A stretch of 64,000 nucleotides of DNA. Source: Eledone cirrhosa (lineage: Eukaryota). The notes under the pieces were generated by a model that saw nothing but the letters and a program-made list of their open reading frames with translations, had not been told where the DNA came from and did not search any database. The stretch is taken from NCBI GenBank assembly GCA_964016885.1, contig OZ024740.1, positions 186,124,001 through 186,188,000 of the forward strand, given 5' to 3'. Numbering within the stretch: position 1 is the first letter of the stretch; every line of letters begins with the position of its first letter. Positions 1 to 14,720 of this stretch are shown here, piece by piece. Both the position numbers and the translations under genes were made by a program.

Positions 1-1373
1 TGCTGGTAATGTAATTCTCAGACGGTTTCAAAGTGATATCATATATGCCAAGAATTGACCTTCAAATAACAGATAAAACACTGGGAGAAAATCAATCGTC
101 ATCCCCTCTCTAGTACTGGAGTTGAAATTAATCTTTAGACATACCGCAAGACATTCTGCTATGTCTTCTATTTCAATGATTCGCAAGAGCACGAACGTTT
201 TGAATGCACACGATTAAGGATTTGCATTATAGAAGATAGCAAGAGTGTTTTATTTCTTTATAATGATATATTCATAGATGGGAATAAAGAAAAAATAAAA
301 TAGTTTTCTTTTCGTTTCGTTATGAAAAATATTTCTTCTGAAGCAGCGAGGCTATCCATATGTTTATTGTTCACCTCTATTATGCTTACACGCTGCTATT
401 CCCTTTATATCATCTACTTCCCTGCTAACACAAATACAACGAAAGAGATCGCTGTAGTAAAACTTTTATCGTTCCCTTATCAAACACAAGGATCTTATCA
501 GTCTGAGTAATGCACAACGATTAATGAGGAGTCCAATGAATGCCGTCAGAATAATGCCTAGGAAGAAATGGTACACTACGAAAGTAGTAATGGGATGACC
601 TGCTTAGAAAAAATATATATTCACTTGGCGAAGTTTGCACGTACTAAATCAAATAATCTAGGCTTCATGAAAACAGGATGATAAATAAAAAGTAAAAAAT
701 AAAAGCTAGAATTGTGAATTGAAACATATTTGGTTCGGTTAGGGTTTACTATTTCTGTACGCTCTCTTCACTTAAATATAGAATATTACCTTTCCATTAT
801 GTGCAGCTATACATTATCAGTTTTTGATATTATGCTTTTATATAACCGTTATATATCGAAATATATAAAAGCTATATCAAATGCTTGAACGACAGAAACG
901 GTTTCTTACAACGCCATGAGAAATATAAGAAAAAAAGTCTATACAATTTTGTCTTAATATTTATCGATTGATCTGAGAATTACATTTCTTCCGCTTAGAT
1001 ATCTAATTTTAATGCAAATACTATTAATTATATGCAAATTTCTATATTTACAATTTGCTATCATATTTAATGGTCACATTTTGGGATGAGCAATTAGCTG
1101 GCGTGTTTTACCGTTGAATTAACAACTGGTGTTTATACATTGATATTTGCATAAACTTCTACTTTTCATTCAATAAAAGTTCTTAAGATATGTTTGAAAT
1201 ATTTTAAACTAGTTACCTTTATGTTTTAAGATTATCTCGGTGAAATATCGCCTATAAAGATAAAATCTAGAGTTTAAAAATATTCTGTGCGTATGCTACT
1301 GACAAATATTATTAAAATATCGAAGATCGATTCATTTTAATATGGAATAGAGATGAATTTTTTGTCAAGTATG

Positions 1374-1449
<76 letters not shown>

Positions 1450-1468
1450 ATATATATTTAAATATATA

Positions 1469-1550
<82 letters not shown>

Positions 1551-1922
1551 TTTTTCTCCAAGATAATTGAATGCATACATATATTTTTTGGGGGTAGGTG
1601 TATTTTTTTCTCACTCTCTATCTCTCTATTTCATCTTTAATTTCAAGCCGCAACTAATATATTTCTTTATTGTACTGTGTTGTTTACTTTGTTATTTCTG
1701 TCTACCTTTTGCATATACACACACAGACACACACACATATATATATAGTAATAATAATATTTATATTTATATATGTTTGATATAACTATAAATATGTAGG
1801 GTAGTCCTAAGGACTAGCCGGTTACCGGTATGACAAAAGGCTCAGTGCAAATTGTCAAGTGTTTTACGGAGCCGAGATACAAAGTGTTAAAACGATCAAA
1901 TTTTAGTTTAGAACATTTATTT

Positions 1923-1967
1923 GCTGACAATTGTTTCTTCCAGAGGAAAGTATGGGATCATCGGAGC
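1923..1967 (-). ncRNA. Minimal hammerhead ribozyme motif (CCGAUGA core variant)
   Basis: Minus strand reads gct-CCGATGA-tcccatactttcctctggaa-GAAAC-aatt-GTC-agc, then aaataaa. Helix III is the palindrome ACAATTGT. Confidence 0.65.
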
Positions 1968-2203
1968 ATAAGGAATGTCGAAACATGTAACAAAAATCCT
2001 AGTCATTTAGAACATTTAGGGTACACAATTGTTATTAGTGTCAAAGGCATCAATGTGGATAGTCAGGAGTTAAGAAAGATGTTCTGCTTGAAAGAACACA
2101 ATTACAGACAGCACTTGTTGGAAGTGTAATAGGTATAAGTAAAAAGCACAAGCAAAGAAATCACAAGCAAAAAAAAAACACAGACAAAACAGCTATAAGC
2201 AAG

Positions 2204-4240
2204 TTATAAATATTGAAGCCCGTAGTTTAATATGTAAATTAGGACTAGAGAGATATACTCAACCGTACACCTCTAATTCCCCCAGGATTCTCTCTGAAAG
2301 ACCATAAGGATGATTTCGATATCAACCCCTCAATTAGACTTATTTGCCCATCCAGATCCGATATTGGCATCATTAGTAAAAAAAATTTAAATAAAATAAT
2401 GCCCCAAGTTAAACAAAAAAATCATTTTAACCTCTGGGGAAACACCAGTGAAATAATCAAATGGTTTATTGGTATTAATGAAAATAATAATAAGAAATCC
2501 ATCCAATTTGATATAAACTCCTACTACACCTCTGTTTCTCCTATCTTCCTAAATAAAGCATTAATAATGGCCATTAACAATAATGAACTCACTAGATCCC
2601 AGATAGATATAATCCTTGCGGCCAGGAAAACAATAATTAAATTTGAAGACCAACTATGGACCCGCAAGAGTACACCCAACAACTTCGATATCACCATGGG
2701 ATCTAGTGACTCGGCACAGGTAACCGACTTAGTCGGTCTATTTTTCTTAAACGAAATACACAAGAACCTACCTTTCCTCAACGGTGGCCTCTACCGTGAC
2801 GACGCACTTTTCCTCTTAGACTATAAAAAGTTCAATATAGAAAGAACTAGAAAACAATTACATCAAATATTTAAAACTATAACTTAGGTATCACTTTAGA
2901 TAAAAACACCAAAAATGTTAACTTCCTGGACGTCACTCTCTTCTTAGTCTCTAAAAAATACACACCTTATCATAAACTTAATGAAAAACCTTTCTATGTG
3001 AATACCAACTCTAACCACCTTAAATCTGTACTGACCTCAATCATTAAAGGTGTATCTAATAGAATCTCTAGCCTTTCTTACAACGAGAATACATTTAATC
3101 GCAACTCCCATTACTATAATGAAGCCCTAGCCCGTTCCGGCCATAGAGATAACATTAAATTTAAACCTAAATCGTCAACTAACCATAGACAACCTAATAT
3201 AATTTCACATAACATGGCCCTGAATAAAAGTAAATATGATCATAGTATTGAAAATCCTGACTCCTATACAAAGGACACAAAAAAGTAAAATCACACCACA
3301 GCAATAATAGTAAGAAACACCACAGAAAGAAAAATATAGATAAGAAGGAATCTAACACCACACTAAACAGTAGTATGAATAACAACCATAAGAAGAATAG
3401 AAAAAGAAATGGCACATTTTCTAACCCTCCGCTCAACCTAATTGTATCAACAAACATACCTAAAGCTTTCTTCTCTACTCTAGACAAAAATTCCCAACTA
3501 ACCATAAATACCACAACATATTTAACAAAAACAAAATTAAAATCGCCTACTCCACCACACCTAATATAACAGACCATATAGCCAGCATCAACAAGAGAAA
3601 CATTAAAAAGTACTTCAAATTACACAAAGTAATAATGTCCAGCATAGAAATAACCTGAACAATAACGAGTACAAGACCATACAGCAAGTCATACTAATAA
3701 TACCAATAATAATAATACTCTCCATAATCATAATACTAGAAGTAGAAAGAGAATCAACCACTCAAATGCATACCCCCTTAACCAGTATACTAGTTACCAA
3801 AACAAATGTAATTGTAGGCCTAACAAGATATGCCCATTAAATAAGAACTGCCTAATTAAAGACATTGTTTACTCCGGTACTGTAACCGCTAATCACATCT
3901 CGATAGTATATATAGACTCAACATCGAATAGCTTTAAAACCAGATATAATTCACACCTTCATTCGTTTAGAAACCCTAAACATAGCAACGTAACCTCACT
4001 ATCCACATACATACACTCATTAAAATCAAGTAATATACCATACACCATAAAATGGGAAGTGATAGCTAAGACCCCTTCATATAGACCACCTATCACATTT
4101 TGTAACCTTTGCATACTCGAGTTTTAAAATATTATTCACTCTAACCTTAGCCTACTAAATAAGAAATCAGAGATCTTCTACACATGTCCACATTACCATA
4201 GATTCTCGTCCACTACATCAAACCGAGTAACTAATAATAA
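2204..4240 (+). pseudogene. PLE reverse transcriptase + GIY-YIG endonuclease, frameshifted with stops
   Basis: Motifs read: KDHK..RLICP, FDINSYY, FDITMGSSDSAQ, GLYRDD, VNFLDVT, CNC/CPL linker, VYIDST..FKTRY..H, WEVI, CNLC..E, LNKKSE. Confidence 0.9.
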
Positions 4241-4409
4241 TAATAATAAAAATAAAAGTAAAGACCAATGTCGGAGATAACACTAGACCACCACCTTTTA
4301 ATTTATCCAACAAGACCTTCATTTATCCCACTAGACCCATACACACACAAAAACAAGATGGCGTAGGACAGAACAAAGGCGAGGCACAAAACAAAGAGAA
4401 GAATCCCCA

Positions 4410-4452
4410 GTCACTGAAGAGGTCACAGAATGTGTGACGAAAAAACTTTGAC
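4410..4452 (+). ncRNA. Degenerate hammerhead motif downstream of the PLE ORF
   Basis: gtca-CTGAAGA-g-gtcac-agaatgt-gtgac-GAAA-aaa-CTT-tgac. Stems I and II pair; helix III is decayed. Confidence 0.6.
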
Positions 4453-4600
4453 AATATATGAACAACCGTCCGGTTGTGGAACCAACCAACCAACCGCAAA
4501 TTTATAAATTCTTAAATTTATAAATTTAACTTATAATAAATTGGAGTGAAAGCAATTGGTGCGTGTGTTTCTTATTGGCAACATGACCCTCCCAAAGTAT

Positions 4601-4700
<100 letters not shown>

Positions 4701-5716
4701 ATATGTATATATATATATGCATTCTCACACATATGTATATACCTTATATTATATATACATATACTAACTATGTAAAAACTCTCTAGTTATAATAAACTAA
4801 ATAAAAAATGTTTTTAACCGCCTTCACACAAGTTTAAAAGATATCAATTATATAACCAATAATATTTTATATTTTATATACTCTATAAAGATTAATTTAT
4901 AACACTACCACAATATTAAAACAACCCTTAATTTATCAACAACCTTAATTACCTCCCTTTGTTATTAACCCCCTTTTTAACTTCCTGTGTAAACTTATAA
5001 AATTGAGCAACATAACGTTTTACCAACAGCGTAATAACGGTTAATACACACCATGGAAAAGAAAATTTGTAGATAAAAAATACATAAAATAGTATACCTA
5101 AAATAACAACATGGCCAGTAATTCGGCGGAATTTACATTTAACAAACAAACACCTATTGACTATAAACGACTCAAAATAATCCCATGGTTAATAGGTGTG
5201 AGTAACAAACAACACATACATATAAATACAAACTACAACACAAAAACACTTAAATGAAAATCACGTACACAACTCTATCACGTGCTTTGCATTATACGTT
5301 ACATTACAAATACCTACATTATCACCACATGCCTCTGTAACAAATTGCACACTAGCTTAAACATTTATAACAATTCTAACATTCTTTAACACCCCACACA
5401 AAATATGTTTATTTCAACTGCATTATAACTCTTTCCTCATACATGCATTATTGACTGTATTGACTCCTGCATTGTACACCAATTTTCCTTGCTTATAACT
5501 TCTTTCCCTGTGTTTTTTTTTTTGCTTGTGATTTCTTTGTTTGTGCTTTGAACCTATTACACTTCAAACCAGTGCTGCCTGTAATTGTGTTCTTTCAAGC
5601 AGAACATCTTTGTAACTCCTGACTCTCCACATGATGCATTTGTCACTAATAACAATTATGTACCCTAAATGTTCTAAATGACTAAGATATTAGTTACATG
5701 TTTCGACATTCCTTAT

Positions 5717-5761
5717 GCTCCGATGATCCCAGATTTTCCTCTGGAAGAAACAATTGTCAGT
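5717..5761 (+). ncRNA. Minimal hammerhead ribozyme motif (CCGAUGA core variant)
   Basis: gct-CCGATGA-tcccaga-ttttcc-tctggaa-GAAAC-aatt-GTC-agt, then aaataaa. Confidence 0.65.
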
Positions 5762-5802
5762 AAATAAATGTTCTAAACTAAAATTTGATCGTTTTAACAC
5801 TT

Positions 5803-5839
<37 letters not shown>

Positions 5840-6073
5840 CTGTGTGGGTGTGTGTGTGGGGGGGGGGGGGGGGGTAATATTTCACATTGATAATTCAATA
5901 TCATGCTTTTGAAGCTATAAATGAGATTAGCCGTACACTAAAGTTTCTTATATTATTGCATTTTGTGGTTGATACATTCTGATTTCGTATAGGCATATAT
6001 ATCTGATTACGATAAAATCGTCCCTACTTATATATTTACAAACACATCTTTCAAAATAATGATTATTTTAACT

Positions 6074-6190
6074 AGCGCGTGGTCTAAAGATAAGTCTTTT
6101 GGACTTATGATCATAACGTTGTGAATTCGGTCCCCGGGCTTAATAGTGCATTGTGTTCTTGAGCAAAACACTTATATCACTAACTCGTTC
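6074..6190 (+). mobile_element. Degenerate tRNA-derived SINE (second family)
   Basis: tRNA-like head followed by gtgttcttgagcaaaacactt; similar to 26300-26415. Confidence 0.5.
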
Positions 6191-8212
6191 CCACGACTCA
6201 ATAATAAGGACAAAGAAGCTGAGAACAATGGCAGGAAATATTCTTTATTATTTCAGCGAAACAATAAATTCGTTACAAAAACAATTGCATGCTTTCGGCT
6301 TTTAGACTATTTGTAACCAGACGAATTATCAGATAATGTTTCATGGCGTTTCAATGTATATTTATGCTTTGGGATTTAGAAGAATAATATTTGAAATTAT
6401 ATTTTGTTTATACCAATTTACGAACGTTTATATAACTGAATAAAGTTTGGTTTTCTCTAATTGTCTTCACACCGTTTTTGTAATGGGAAGTTTATGTTGT
6501 ATAATACTTACTTGATGTGCGAAAATAAATAATAAGAGCTATATTGTTAAATTTTAGGTGTAAATAAATGGTTATTTACATTTTTATTATGCGGCATGAA
6601 ATATAATTTTGGTATGCCAGTACAAAACAAGGCATAACGCCTCTTTATATATTCGTCCACACATTTGATACACTCAATATCAAATGTTATTAAAACGTTA
6701 TATTAAAATATGAAAACATTGAAGATATTTAGCTCTTAATATTATACTGTGTGGTGTTTCAAGTACCTAGAATTACTACACTAACATTAAAATTAATTAG
6801 AGGCGAGAGTAATATTGAAGTTGAATTCTAAAGATGAAAATAAGATTAGCCACTTAAATTCTAATCACACAAAATGATATTCGAATATTGTGAATAGAAC
6901 ATAGCATACACAAATGCAAACGCGCTACTAAAGTAACATATCCAAAACTTGTATAAGCAGAGACCAATCAGCAGTCAAGACTATTGATCGCATTATGGCG
7001 CTATTTGTAAGTCTAAATGAAGCAAAAATGTTGTTTCGTTAAATATACGATTTTCTTTCTCAATATACAAAATGAAAAGACAACCAAAAAAAAAAAAAAA
7101 CAAAGAGTAAAATAAAATAAAAAAAGTCAAAAATCAAAAAATACATTTCAGTCGAAAGAAACTCTAGTAACTTTTATAGCTAGTTAGTTTGCTCAATTAC
7201 GCGTCTATAGACATTATTTGACTAGATGGAATTATTGCTTCATCCATCATCAATTGATACATTGCTTCGAGCAAATTTAGTGACAAATACTAGCTTACAC
7301 CAATCACGTTGGCTGCGAAATTACACGGTACGAATCAGATATGTCCACCTGTCAGAAAAGGCGTCAAAATAATAGGATTTACCAGTAAGTGAATGTCGCC
7401 CTGAAACTGAAGCAATCACTTCGCTGACTACTATTGTTTTGTCCTCAATAAATATTCCCAAATGTAACAGATGATTATATGTTCACTTGTCGCAGTTGCC
7501 AGCGATCATTTGAATATATGGTTTTTAAATACGTATCGAATATTACCAGATAAATCAATGCATTTTATCCTCAGGCATGCATATACTTAATTTTTATTGA
7601 TTTCTTTATATATTTCTACATATTCTGTTTATCTCTTGTGGTTTTTTTTATTCCTAATAATGCTGTATTTTCCATCGTTGCGGAGGAAAACAGACAATGC
7701 TAGTGATTTTTATTTACTTATAAATTCCTAATAATATATTGCTTCTAATCAGCGTTACGTTCGTGGTAAGAATTTAATTAAAAATCTGAAAGAGATCTGA
7801 ATATATATCAGTGTCGCAACCATTAAATATTGGCGTTCGTGTATCTCATGAACTACTTAATACGTTAGGAGGAATAACAGCAATTATGCAAGCCACATAT
7901 ATACGAATATCTATAAATATTTAACTACATATATGGATATATACACATACACAAACTAACACATAAAGAAGCAAACATACATATATACATATCGATGCTC
8001 GCAAATACAAGCGCACACACATAAACACACACACTCACACATCAAACACACACACATATATATATATATATATACATATATATGTATATGAATATATGTA
8101 TGTATATACACTTCTTTTCTGAAATGAACGAGAGAAAACGTAATCAATACATTGTTCAGAATATGATAACATGATTAAACATATTCGGCTGAACTGTATT
8201 GCTTCACTTAAG

Positions 8213-8276
<64 letters not shown>

Positions 8277-8411
8277 ATTTAAGTATCGAGAGAGAGAAGA
8301 GATAGGCGATACATGTAGTTATTTGCCAATAGCATATGCAAAAGGTGCTCAATACTTGTGCCTGCAGTGTTAAATATTATAAGTGGGCGAGAAAATCAGC
8401 AGAGCGGATAC

Positions 8412-8743
8412 ACGTGGAGAAATATATAAAGGAGACCAAACCGTTAAAACATGTTTATTTCAAATAGCACCTACGTACTTTTCGCCCGAATGGGCTTCTC
8501 AGGGGCATAAAAAACTAAAAGGCGTTCCTTACATGACCCAGAATGGGTTTTAGAGATGAGTTCACATCACGTGATTGAACTTATGTGATGTGAACTTATC
8601 TCTAAAACCCATCCTGTGTCATGTAAGGAACGCTTTTTAGTTTTGTATGCCCTTGAGAAGCCCATTCGGGCGAAACGTACGGAGTTGCTATTTTAAATAA
8701 ACATGTTTTAACGGTTTGTTCTCCTTTATATATTTCTCCACGT
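8412..8743. repeat. Fold-back element, ~160 bp arms, with two outward-facing hammerhead-like motifs
   Basis: 8412-8570 is the reverse complement of 8585-8743. The motif ccTGAGAA-gccc-attc-gggc-GAAAC-gtac-GTA is the consensus of 8467-8506 (-) and 8649-8688 (+), each followed by aataaa. Confidence 0.9.
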
Positions 8744-8768
8744 ATATATATACATATATATCTATATA

Positions 8769-9722
8769 TATTAGAAAGTGAGGTTTTTTTACAAAATGAA
8801 AAGAACCGAGGTGTCCTACATGAGTGAAAGTATAAGGAAAAAAGATGAAATCGGAAATACAACTGAACCTTTTAAAAAAAATATATATTTATTTGGTTCC
8901 TTTTCCAAAGTTTTAAGGTTTTTTCATAGAGTAGGCGAGTAGGCCTTCAGAATGCCTTGAGTTTTCTGTTTCCATCTGTTGGTCGAGTGACTTGAACCGC
9001 AACAGTTATATTTCTATTTTAAACTTTTCTAACACCATCTTTTCCCTAAGTTTGTGTTAGTTTTCTGGTTCATTCGGGGTGGGTTTTACTTGGAGATTTT
9101 GGGGAGGATGATTGAGGTAGAGTTTAGCCACTTTTCAAATATGTCTGCCTTGCCATTATTTTTTAGGAGATTCCAAAAGGCGAATTTGCGGGCTGTGAGC
9201 TTTTGAGTCCATATAATGATTAGGGTGTTTTACACTGAGTGGACATCTGGTAGGTTGGGTTCTAATGGTTGTTGCAGCTTTTGGAGCATTGCTGTTTCAA
9301 TGATTTTGATTAGTTTAGTTAATGCTGGAGTAATATTTGTCTCTTGGGTATTTTCTGTTTCTTCGTGGGGTCCTTTTTTATAGATATGCATTTGGTCCAC
9401 TTTGTTGGTCAAAATTGAAAGGTTGGAGGAAATCTCTTTGAGTTCATTTAAGATGTCCTGGTTCAGTGAGTTGTCGTTTTGTTGAGACTTTGGTGGCATT
9501 TTCGGTCTTCGTATGGTGGGTATGTATTAGAAAGTGAGTTTCTTTTACAAAATAAAAAAAAAACAGAGGTGTCCTGCACGAGTGAAAGTATAAGGAAAAA
9601 ATATGAAATCGAAAATGCAACTGGAGTCTTTTTTAAATAAAATATATTTTTTTGGTTCCCTTTCCAAAGTGTTAAGGTTTTTCATAGAGTAGGCCGTGAG
9701 AGTGCCTTGAGATCTCTGTTTC
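8769..9722 (-). mobile_element. Unclassified element: ~200 bp direct repeats flanking a decayed ORF
   Basis: 8769-8972 is similar to 9525-9722. The minus-strand frame from 9499 runs on to about 8970 with three in-frame stops. Confidence 0.65.
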
Positions 9723-9757
9723 TGAATATATATATTCACATACATACACACACACGT

Positions 9758-9829
<72 letters not shown>

Positions 9830-10161
9830 GTGTGTGCGTGTGTGTGTGTGTATGTATGTCCTTTTACTGAATATATTTCGTCTTAATATTTCAAAGGGAG
9901 ACCTTTTTAAATGAACGATTTTCCCTCCTCCAAAAGAAGATCAGTTGAAAGAGGACGCATCGTTTTTCGCAACGTGCAGTAAAGTGTCTTACTCAGGGAA
10001 AGCGTATAAACAAGTTACAACAACGGCGGGAATTCATCTTACAACCCAATATATATATATATAGAACTAGCTTATGCATATATTACACACACGCGAACAC
10101 GCAAGCACACCTACGCACACACACACGCGCGTGCACACACACACGGGCACACATACGCACA

Positions 10162-10193
<32 letters not shown>

Positions 10194-10282
10194 GACACAT
10201 ATATATACACATGAAAAAGCACTCACACATAAATACACACATGTATATATAAATAAATATATATATATATATACCTGGTATG

Positions 10283-10540
10283 GTTATATAGCTTCTAATT
10301 TAAGGGATGGAAGGATGGCTGGCGTGGTGGTGTAATGCTAGCACATTGGTCCACCAAACCAAAGAGATGTGGGTTTGTGTCCCATGTATGTCAATACTAA
10401 TCCTTTTATTTTCTATTCACAATTTTGTTTAAAATCCCAACTAACAGACTAATTCTATTCAGTCAAATACTGCGAAAGGAAGTTATTACCTAATTTCCAA
10501 ATTCGCTAGTCCTTTCTAAACAGAGCCTGCTTTGCGTCTC

Positions 10541-10571
<31 letters not shown>

Positions 10572-10809
10572 ACATACATACACATATATATATGTACATA
10601 TATATATATATATATATATATGCAGTATTTGACTAAATAGAATTAGTCTGTGAGTTGGGATTTAAAAAAATTGTGAATGGAAAATGAAAGGATTAGTATT
10701 GACATACATGGGACACAAAGCCACATCTATTTGGTTTGTGGACCAGTGTGTTACCATTACACCACCACGCCACCCATGCTTCCTTCACTTCAATTAGAAG
10801 CTATGTAAC
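10283..10809. repeat. Inverted pair (~190 bp arms) of a tRNA-containing element
   Basis: 10283-10473 is the reverse complement of 10622-10809. A tRNA-like cloverleaf lies at about 10321-10394. Confidence 0.85.
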
Positions 10810-10817
10810 AACAGCAG

Positions 10818-10946
<129 letters not shown>

Positions 10947-11335
10947 AATAACATTAGAGCAAGAAGACAGGACTGTCCGTCATCAGTGATCTTCCAGCCG
11001 TCATCGGTATTTCTTCGCATTAAAGACCATATACCTCAGGCTGGTGGGAACATTATCTAAAAAAATTATTGGGACAAGTAGAATTGGGTGAGAGAGCGAG
11101 ACATGTAAACAAACAAAGATGTTAATGCAACGGACTCTCTTTCCGTTGCATTACCAGCTCTGTTTGCATTACCAACAACACAGCACGCCATTTGCCATTT
11201 TTCATATATATATATATATATATATACATGTAGTCCTTTCTAAACAAAGCCTGCTTTGCGTCTCCCTATAAATATATACTGAACTCCCGAACTGGAGCCT
11301 TGCCACTGAATGTAGTTTAATGTCATACCCAGGAC

Positions 11336-12430
11336 TATATGTTTCATTGACTTTAGGTAGGCCTTTGATTCTGTGGACCGTTACTGCCTGATGAAGATCT
11401 TACAGGCTTATGGAATCCCCGAGAAGATAGTGGACCTGATATCACTGCTCTACACCAACACCAAAGCCCAAGTCATTACACCTGATGGGATGACAGAGTT
11501 CTTTGAGATACTGGCTGGAGTGCTCCAGGGAGATACATTGGCTCCCTACCTTTTTATCATCGTAGTGGACTATTGTATGCGCCTTAACTGGAGAAACACC
11601 AGGACTCTGGCTTTACTGTGGCACCGGCTCAGAGCAGGAGAGTTAGGGCGAAAAAGGTATCGGATGCTGAATTTGCCGACGACATAGTTTTGGTGACAAA
11701 TACAGTGAAGGAGGCAGAGGATTTGATGCGGGAGGTTGAGACTGTGTCGATGAGTGTGGGGCTGAGAATGAATGAGACCAAAACAAAATATCTGGTAGAG
11801 AATGTTGAGAAGCCAGAGGGGATCACTAATGTAAGCGGGAAGCCGATAGAATTGGTTGAGGGCTTCCTGTATTTGGGAGCAAATATTGGGAATACGGAAG
11901 ATCATGTGGTTGAGAGGAAGAGCAAGGCCTGGGCGGCGGGCCACAGCTTGAGATCGGTGTGGAGGTCGGACCTTCGTGGAGACCTGAAAATCGGCCTCTT
12001 CATTGCTGTAGTGGAGTCTGTGCTGCTGTATGGGTCTGAGACTTGGACACTGACCAAGAAACTCACTCAGATGGTGGATGGGTGCTACACGAGAATGCTG
12101 AGGATGGCTCTGAACATTAATCAGTATACACTGAGGATGAAAAACTCAGAGCTGTATGGGAGCATCCCAAAAGTCAGCTCAAAAGTGACACAGAGGAGAC
12201 TGAGGTTAGCTGGACATGCTCACCCACATCCAGAGTTGACATTGCACTCAGTGCTCCTTTGGGAGCCCCTAAATGGACACACTAGAAGAGGAAGACCAAG
12301 GTTAACGTATGTTGATGCCCTAAGGACAGACACTGGTCTATTGGAGACGCAGGACATGGCAGCGATAATGAGGGACAGAGACCGCTGGAGAGAACTCGTC
12401 CATGGATCTCGGGAATGTTACCCGCCTTAG
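11336..12430 (+). mobile_element. RTE-clade LINE, 5'-truncated, frameshifted RT
   Basis: Motifs: FIDF..AFDSVDR, GVLQGDTLAPYLF, FADDIVL, FLYLG, LLYGSETW, RLRLAGH, RRGRP. There is a frameshift near 11590. Confidence 0.9.
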
Positions 12431-12654
12431 AATTGAATATATACATGTGTGTGTTTATGTGTGAGTGCATGTTCATGTATATATATATATGTGTGTGTTT
12501 CTGTGTGTGTACGTGCGTGTGTATATATGTGTGTGTGTTTGCGTGTGTGTGTGCGCGCGTGTATGTGTGTGGGTGTGCGTGCGTTTTCGCTTGTGTGTAA
12601 TATATGCATAAGCTAGTTCTTCAAAAGTAATTCCTTTTCGATTGTTGAGGAATC

Positions 12655-14720
12655 TGAATAATACATTTGTTTTCGACACCCAGTTGCTTCATCAGAAGAT
12701 ATTGAATAAATAAGAAAAGTAAACTGTTTCCGGAAACTGTAGATTGTTGGGGTTATATAGTTAGATAACAGAGCAAGCTGCTGACATCATGGTTGATATA
12801 CAAGTGAGCAGTTGATAGGCTGAGGTTTGGGTGGATAGTCAGCACAATGGCAGTTTTAAATCAACTTCGGAAATTATGTTTCGCAGCATTCGTTCCGACT
12901 CTGCACGTTCTGAGTTCAAATCTCACCGATGTCTGTTTTTCCCTTTCGCGGTCGATCAATAAATTATCAATCCAGTACTGAAGTCAACATTGTAATTTCA
13001 TATCCATTGAGCCGACAACATGAGTTAAATTAGGATATTATCGAAAAACATGCACTATGATTCAATTAATTATTTAGGTTTTCCATATTTCCTTATGAAT
13101 TAGTATACTTGTAAGGAAAACGGAGATTATATATATATATATAATTATATATATATATCAAGAAAGTGAGAGAGAGGGGAAAAGAGAGAGAGACAAGAAG
13201 AGTGAGAGAGAAGCATTGAGAGATATGTAGTAAAAGATTGGTAATTTTCAAAATGCCGGTAGAATGCAGTAGAAACACACGAAGGGCCAATGATGACAAA
13301 TAAAACAAAATAAAGTAAGGTTTTACCCAGTGTATTTTAGCATGATATTTCATAGCTATTAACCTTTTTTTTTTCTGATGCGAAGCTGAATCAGTTCAAA
13401 TGAAAACAAAACGAGCGTTCGAAGTATTCTTTCCTAATTGGTTTATGTGTCTGCAAAATGCATGCGTGAGCTTTCTACAGCAACCATTCTGCCTCATGTA
13501 TTTCTATCCTATTATTTATCCTTGGTTTTATTCGGCTGATGAAAATGGCCGATTTACTCCTTAAATTGCCTATATTCCTTTGAGTCACCTCTATGGTGAC
13601 CTCAATGTCTTGGTTGCGGCATCTTTCAAGATGTGTAACCTCAGGATGGTATTTTTGATATACGATCACCTACATTTTTTGCAAGTGATCTATAAGACCA
13701 CATATGTTCTCATGCACAATTCTGCAATTAAGAAATGTGCATATCGCTGTATATGTGTTGATGTTATAGGAACGGTCTCTTCAATAAAGTTCCCAAGTGT
13801 GCCAGATTTATATTCCTCTCTCTATGGCTTGTGTAGTGACAGCCCTTGTCTTCTCATTGAAATATAGTAGCTTTAGGTAGCACATGTTATACCTAGGGGC
13901 GCGTGTCCTTCTTGTTCTTTTAATTGTTGCTGTCATTAGCATTTTTGCGTTTGGTGAGAGAAGGAGGGTAGCCGATTTCGGTGAAAATTCTCTTAAATTG
14001 CCCGCTGCTTGTATGTCTGTTTCTACTATCGCGTATCCGGAGATCTCATTCCGTATATAGGCCATTTTGAACCTATAGCGATGGGTGGAGTTATGTTGCA
14101 CACATATGTCTCTGCAGGCATCCTTCCTGTAAAATCTGTGTAAAATCTTATTGTAAAGTCAAATTGAAAGAGGGGTCCAGTTGTGCCTGGGTGTTCAACC
14201 TCAAATTTCCCGTTTGTGTCTATGTTTTCAAAGATATTGTAAATCTTGACGTCTTCTTCGTATGATGAACTATGCATGAGGATATCATCCACATATCTGG
14301 TGTAGATGGAGCAAGAGCATTAGGCTTTGAGTGCTGTGCGTTGCAACTGGTCGATATACGTGATGGCCAGCAGGCCTGAAATCTTGATCTCATCGAAAGT
14401 CCTGAAATGTGTTTGTATATGCAACGTTCGAACTGGAAAGAAGTGTTGCACATGACTATAAAGAGCAGCTCTCTGATGTGAGTAGTAGTGTGCCAAAAGC
14501 AATTGAGATTGGTGGAGACTATGATGTTGTCCGCAATTAAATCGATGGCCAGAGAGGCGGGGAAAGAGGTTTAGAAGAAAAATACGTCTGAACTAAATGC
14601 ATATATATCCTTTCCAAGTGGGGAGGAAGTCAATGTCTTTTAGTCTATTGGCTACGTCTTGTGAGCTATCTTCGAGTCCGAAGAAAGTGTGAAGGAGGAG
14701 TTTCAAAAGTCTGGAGATAT
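12655..14720 (-). mobile_element. Decayed Penelope-like element (RT + GIY-YIG remnant)
   Basis: Minus-strand fragments: GLSM, RYVDDILM, DVKI, thumb-like H..SA, and a C-terminal I...KP.IN. A degenerate CTGATGA..GAAA motif lies at 12660-12700. Confidence 0.75.

Noticed and set aside
6960-7395. CCAAT boxes and a possible splice donor (cagtaagt) suggesting a promoter or first exon
   Set aside because: These short motifs are expected by chance, and I found no downstream exon chain.
10965-11010. Minus-strand CTGATGA-c-ggac-a-gtcc hammerhead-like start
   Set aside because: No GAAA follows stem II, so it is at best a half motif.
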